Origin: Candidatus Gallimonas intestinavium | GTDB taxonomy: Bacteria; Bacillota; Clostridia; Christensenellales; Borkfalkiaceae | NCBI GenBank assembly: GCA_019116755.1 | Contig: DXBB01000073.1 | Coordinates: 2,692 to 66,691, forward strand | Direction: 5' to 3' | DNA: 64,000 nucleotides | Shown here: positions 60,270-64,000 of the stretch, in pieces | Layout: every line of letters starts with the position of its first letter | Position numbering within the stretch: position 1 is the stretch's first letter | Position numbers and translations under genes: made by a program | Notes under the pieces: model-generated | Databases searched by the model: none | Seen by the model: only the letters and a program-made list of their open reading frames with translations | What the model was told of the DNA's origin: nothing

Positions 60270-61277
60270 ATGAAAGATACGGCGTTAGAGGCGGTTTGTG
60301 AGCGCGCGGAGGGAGTTCCTTCCGCCGCCCGCGGACCGTCCAAATGGAACCGGGTGAAGAGAGATGTGAGGCGCAACTGGCCGCTGTATCTGATGATCCT
60401 GCCTGTCGTCGTGTTCTTCCTCGTCTTTTCCTACTTTCCGATGCTGGGGCTTCTGGTCTCCTTCAAAGATTACAGCACGGTGCAGGGCATCTTCGGCAGC
60501 CCCTGGGCGACCGACCTTGCGGGGAACACGGACATCTTCTTCCACTTCAAGACGTTCTTCTCCGATCCCTACTTCGGGCGGCTCATAAGGAACACGCTCA
60601 TCTTCAGTCTGATGGACATCGTGTTCGTGTTCCCGGCGCCCATCGTGGTGGCGCTCCTCATGCACTCCATCCGGAACAAGCCCTACCGGCGTGCGACTTC
60701 CACGATGATGTATATGCCGTACTTCATCTCGATGGTCGTCGTCTGCGGTATCGTCAGAGACTTCACGTCGGTGAGCGGTATCTTCAGCGTCATCGCGCAG
60801 CGCCTCGGCATCGTCGCCGATGAGACTGCCATCCTGGGCGATACCCGCTTCTTCCGCTGGATCGTCATCGTCTCCAACATCTGGCAGGCGACGGGGTACG
60901 GGAGCATCATCTACATCGCGGCGCTGTGCTCCATCGACACGACGCTCTACGAGGCGGCGGACATCGACGGCGCGGGGCGGATGGCGAAGCTCTTCCGCAT
61001 CACGCTTCCCTCCATCATGCCCACCATCATGATCTTCCTGCTTTTGAAGATCGCGGCGATCCTCAATTACAACTTCGAGAAGATCCATCTTCTCTATTCC
61101 ATCCCGACCTACGAAGTGGGGGATATCCTCTCGACGTACATCTACCGCATCGGCATCGAGCAGGGGCGCATCAGCTATACGACGGCCATCAGCTTCTTCA
61201 ATTCCGTCGTCGGGTTCGTGCTCCTTCTCATCTCCAACTGGTTCTCCAAGAAGTTCGGCGGGAACAATCTGTTCTGA
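60270..61277 (+). CDS. Sugar ABC transporter permease (LplB type)
   Basis: Polytopic. EAA-like YEAADIDGAGRMAKLFRITLP. N-terminus is similar to 22853 and to the fragment at 1229. Confidence 0.9.
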   Translation: MKDTALEAVCERAEGVPSAARGPSKWNRVKRDVRRNWPLYLMILPVVVFFLVFSYFPMLGLLVSFKDYSTVQGIFGSPWATDLAGNTDIFFHFKTFFSDPYFGRLIRNTLIFSLMDIVFVFPAPIVVALLMHSIRNKPYRRATSTMMYMPYFISMVVVCGIVRDFTSVSGIFSVIAQRLGIVADETAILGDTRFFRWIVIVSNIWQATGYGSIIYIAALCSIDTTLYEAADIDGAGRMAKLFRITLPSIMPTIMIFLLLKIAAILNYNFEKIHLLYSIPTYEVGDILSTYIYRIGIEQGRISYTTAISFFNSVVGFVLLLISNWFSKKFGGNNLF

Positions 61278-61290
61278 GGAGGGAAAGGGT

Positions 61291-62178
61291 ATGGCAGTCA
61301 GATCGAAAAAGCCGTCCGACGTCATCGTCCGGATCGCAACGTACTTCTTTACCGCACTCTTTGCCGTCCTGTGCGTGCTGCCTATGTGGCACGTCATCAT
61401 GGCATCCTTTTCCGATCCCATCCAGCTTTCGCTGTATGAGGGCTTCCTCTTCAGCCCGCTCGAGTTTTCCGTCGAGGGCTACGAGCTGCTCTTTTCCTAC
61501 GACGGCCTGTGGCGCAGCTATCTCAATACCGTCATCTATACGGTGGGGGCGACGACGCTGGGGCTTGCCCTCGATCTTCTCGCCGCCTATGTGCTCTCGC
61601 GCAAGAAGGTGCTCTTTCAGCGCCCGCTGATGCTCTTTATCATCATCACGATGCTCTTCAGCGGCGGCATCATCCCGCTGTATATCGTCGTCCGCTCGCT
61701 CGGGCTCACCAACACGATGGGGTCGATGATCATCCCCGCCTGCTGCAATGCGATGAGCATCATCATGCTCAAGAACGGCATGGAATCGGTGAATGATTCC
61801 ATCTGTGAGGCGGCGCAGATCGACGGCGCGGGCCATGTACGCATCCTCGTGCAGATCATGCTCCCGCTGACGACCTCCTTCATCGCCACGGTGGTGCTCT
61901 TCAATGCGATCGGCCATTGGAACTCGTGGGTGAATGCTTCGATGTTCATCAGCCGCTCGCACAAGGATCTCTATCCGCTGCAGCTCATCATGCGCGATAT
62001 CCTCATCAACAACAGCGCAGAGGGCGTGCTCTCCCCGTCGGGATATCCCATCTCCTTCTACCTCGCTTCCCTGCGGGTGGTGATGGTGGTGGTCGGCTCG
62101 TTGCCGCTCATCATCCTCTATCCCTTCGTGCAGAAGTACTTTGAGACGGGCATCATCATCGGCGGCGTCAAGGAGTGA
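61291..62178 (+). CDS. Sugar ABC transporter permease (LplC type)
   Basis: Polytopic. EAA-like CEAAQIDGAGHVRILVQIMLP. Confidence 0.9.
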   Translation: MAVRSKKPSDVIVRIATYFFTALFAVLCVLPMWHVIMASFSDPIQLSLYEGFLFSPLEFSVEGYELLFSYDGLWRSYLNTVIYTVGATTLGLALDLLAAYVLSRKKVLFQRPLMLFIIITMLFSGGIIPLYIVVRSLGLTNTMGSMIIPACCNAMSIIMLKNGMESVNDSICEAAQIDGAGHVRILVQIMLPLTTSFIATVVLFNAIGHWNSWVNASMFISRSHKDLYPLQLIMRDILINNSAEGVLSPSGYPISFYLASLRVVMVVVGSLPLIILYPFVQKYFETGIIIGGVKE

Positions 62179-62205
62179 GCGCACAAAAACAAAATACGAG
62201 AAAGG

Positions 62206-62235
62206 AAAAAGGCGCAGCTTGGAGCTGCGCCTTTT
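62206..62235. terminator. Bidirectional terminator between the permease and lacI genes
   Basis: A5, GGCGCAGC(T), loop, (A)GCTGCGCC, T4. Confidence 0.75.
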
Positions 62236-62236
62236 C

Positions 62237-63247
62237 TCATGCCGAGGTGCGGCGGATGAGCGATGTGCCGATCTCGATCTTGACGGGCGGAAGGCGCCTG
62301 TCTTTTATTTTTTCGAGGAGCCGCTTTGCGGCGGCCTTTCCCATCTCCTGTTTGGGGACGCGCACCGTCGTGAGCGTGGGCGTGGTGTAGCCGCACAGGG
62401 GCATATCGTCAAAGCCGACGACGGCGACATCCTGTGGGATGCGTTTTCCCCGCTCCGTGAGTGCCCGCATCGCGCCCGCCGCGATGAGGTCGTTGTCGGC
62501 AAAATAGCAGCGGGCAAGCTCTTCGCCGCGGTCCAGAAGTTCGAGCATATCCGAATAGGCGCCTTCCGCAGAGGGGGTCAGACGGTGCACGATGCTGCGC
62601 GAAGGGGAGAGCCCGCTCTTTCGGATGGCCTTATAGAAGCCGTCGGCGCGCTCTGAAAAGTTGTTGATGGGGTACGAAGAGCTCAGATACCCCGCCTGCG
62701 TGCGGTATTTGGTGATGAGATAGCTCGTTGCAAGATACGCCCCCTGCACGTTGTTGATGAGCACGCTGTCGTAAGGGGCGCCCTCGAAGTAGGTGTCGAG
62801 GAGCACGAAGGGAAAGGGGAGGGCGGCAAGGAGGGGGAGATCGCTCTCATCCATCTCGGTGCCGAGGATGATCGCCCCGCCGAAGCCCTCTTTAGCGGCG
62901 AGGGAAACCTGCGCGCGGCTGTCCTCCTCATAGACATAGCGCACGACAAGGCGGTAGCCGTTCCGGCGCGACTCCGCTTCGATGCCCTGGGTGAGTTCGG
63001 CAAAGAAGGGGGTGTCGGCGACCACGGCGCCGTGCTTTTTATAGATGAGGAAGAGAAGGTTGCCCTCGGGGTGGTCGTGCTCAAACTGCTTTTCCCTGAT
63101 GCGCGAAAAGTCGTAGCCGTATTCCTCGGCAGCCTTTATGATGCGCTCGCGCGTGCGTTCGCTGACGCCCGCTCTGCCGTTGAGCGCCATCGAGACGGCG
63201 GCCTCCGAAAGGCCGAGCATTGCTGCAAGTTCCTTGGCGGTGATCAT
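62237..63247 (-). CDS. LacI family transcriptional regulator
   Basis: Start at ATG 63247 after GAGGAGG ([27 protein letters not shown]). Periplasmic-binding-protein-like C-terminal domain. Confidence 0.9.
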   Translation of the reverse strand: MITAKELAAMLGLSEAAVSMALNGRAGVSERTRERIIKAAEEYGYDFSRIREKQFEHDHPEGNLLFLIYKKHGAVVADTPFFAELTQGIEAESRRNGYRLVVRYVYEEDSRAQVSLAAKEGFGGAIILGTEMDESDLPLLAALPFPFVLLDTYFEGAPYDSVLINNVQGAYLATSYLITKYRTQAGYLSSSYPINNFSERADGFYKAIRKSGLSPSRSIVHRLTPSAEGAYSDMLELLDRGEELARCYFADNDLIAAGAMRALTERGKRIPQDVAVVGFDDMPLCGYTTPTLTTVRVPKQEMGKAAAKRLLEKIKDRRLPPVKIEIGTSLIRRTSA

Positions 63248-63324
63248 GGTTGCCTCCTCTGCGGTTTCTTGTCTTGATTTTAGCAAATTAAGCAAATTAA
63301 GTCAAGAATTTGGCTTAACTTCTC

Positions 63325-63353
63325 TTGAAACAAAATGAAGTTCAGTTTAAAAT
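63325..63353 (+). promoter_or_regulatory. Putative promoter of the DUF4038-like gene
   Basis: TTGAAA (63325-63330), 17-nt spacer, TAAAAT (63348-63353). Confidence 0.5.
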
Positions 63354-63378
63354 TAAGAAAAAAGCAAGGTGGGCCTTT

Positions 63379-64000
63379 ATGAACGTAAAGCAGTATGATA
63401 TGGTGGAATTTTCCGTTGGGGATGCGCCGTCCGACGCAGAGTTCTGGCAGGGCGAGGAGCGCGTGCGGGCGGAGAGCTTTCTGAAGGCGGAAGGCGAGTA
63501 CGTCGTGCGCTTCATGCCGCATCGCGTGGGCGAGTGGCGCTATCGCATCGGGAAAAACGAGGGGAGCGTTGTCTGTGCTCCCGCCGAGGGTGTGCACGGC
63601 CGCGTGCGGGCGAAGGGAACGCACTTTGGCTATGAGGACGGCACGCCCTTCTATCCCTTCGGCACGACTTGCTATGCCTGGACGAGCCAGACGGATGCAC
63701 TTGTGGAGGAGACGCTTGAAACGCTGAAAAGGGCGCCCTTCAACAAGATCCGCATGTGCATCTTCCCCAAGCATATGCCCTATAACCACAACGAGCCGCC
63801 CTATTTCCCCTTTGAAAAGGACGAAAAGGGGGAGTGGGATATGGAAAAGCCCGACTTCCGCTATTGGGATCGGCTCGACCGCTGCCTTTTAGCGCTTCGG
63901 GAGATGAACATCGAGGCGGACATCATCCTCTTTCACCCGTATGACCGCTGGGGCTTTCCCAAACTCGGCATGGGGAAAAACTTGCAGTACCTCAAATATG
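63379..64000 (+). CDS. DUF5060 + DUF4038-like (GH140-type fold) putative glycosidase; 3' end outside the window
   Basis: Not in the track because it is open-ended. ATG 63379 follows AAGGTGGG. My translation is MNVKQYDMVEFSV...GTHFGYEDGTPFYPFGTTCYAWTSQ...FNKIRMCIFPKHMPYN... with no stop up to nt 64000. Confidence 0.6.
   Translation, partial: MNVKQYDMVEFSVGDAPSDAEFWQGEERVRAESFLKAEGEYVVRFMPHRVGEWRYRIGKNEGSVVCAPAEGVHGRVRAKGTHFGYEDGTPFYPFGTTCYAWTSQTDALVEETLETLKRAPFNKIRMCIFPKHMPYNHNEPPYFPFEKDEKGEWDMEKPDFRYWDRLDRCLLALREMNIEADIILFHPYDRWGFPKLGMGKNLQYLKY

Noticed and set aside
1-64000. Search by eye for rRNA, tRNA, tmRNA, transposase/integrase genes, prophage genes and known riboswitches
   Set aside because: I found nothing resembling them. 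The intergenic regions are short or are occupied by the repeats described above. A tRNAscan/Infernal run would be needed for certainty.

Overview
GC-rich segment with strong AAGGAGG-type ribosome-binding sites, which looks like a Firmicutes/Clostridia chromosome. It is dominated by glycan utilisation genes. I call 46 CDS (two cut by the window edges) and 2 pseudogene remnants. I found no rRNA, tRNA, CRISPR array, transposase or integrase.

Layout:
- 1-11.8 kb: a + strand array of GH3, GH3, HAD, SDR, a GH43_24-like enzyme, UxaC, a GH43-like enzyme, UxuA, an esterase and Eda.
- 12.2-20.4 kb: a TetR regulator, a heterodimeric ABC exporter, a nucleoside-hydrolase-like protein and GH3.
- 20.4-21.5 kb: an AT-richer islet carrying an XRE-HTH::MntA / HepT toxin-antitoxin pair. 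It is preceded by five palindromic boxes spaced exactly 33 bp apart.
- 21.5-45.1 kb: an AraC regulator followed by a roughly 22 kb co-directional locus resembling a polysaccharide utilisation locus (PUL). It encodes two permeases, a lipoprotein solute-binding protein (SBP), a second repeat-containing lipoprotein, an alpha/beta-hydrolase-like protein, GH78 rhamnosidase, a GH43_24-like enzyme, GH3, a dehydrogenase-CMD (carboxymuconolactone decarboxylase domain) fusion, GH43+F5/8-type-C, KdgK, GH2 and a second Eda. The enzyme set fits Rha-GlcA-decorated type II arabinogalactan, with import first and cytoplasmic debranching.
- 45.1-50.9 kb: a decayed AEC transporter, an SGNH esterase, and a minus-strand GH39 / DUF4091-like / esterase operon under a divergent AraC.
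- 52.4-53.6 kb: a lone AAA_14/DUF4143-type ATPase bracketed by copies of the same palindrome.
- 53.8-64 kb: GH3, a hypothetical protein, an SGNH esterase and an alpha/beta hydrolase, then a second LplABC-type sugar transporter, LacI, and a DUF5060/DUF4038-like gene that runs off the window.

Signals not explained by gene calls:
- The phased operator array.
- An 83-bp promoter-containing module duplicated on both sides of the GH43/F5-8C gene.
- A 330-nt array of at least 7 hairpins between kdgK and an SD-less GH2 gene.
- A short repeat family that always starts on the stop codon of the upstream gene.
- A recurring promoter/leader module.
- A deletion scar with a truncated GH3 and a 58-codon permease fragment.

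I see no clear-cut new multi-gene system such as a defence island. The best candidates for new biology are the uncharacterised members of the PUL-like locus and the regulatory and repeat architecture. All family assignments come from motif recognition by eye, not from searches.
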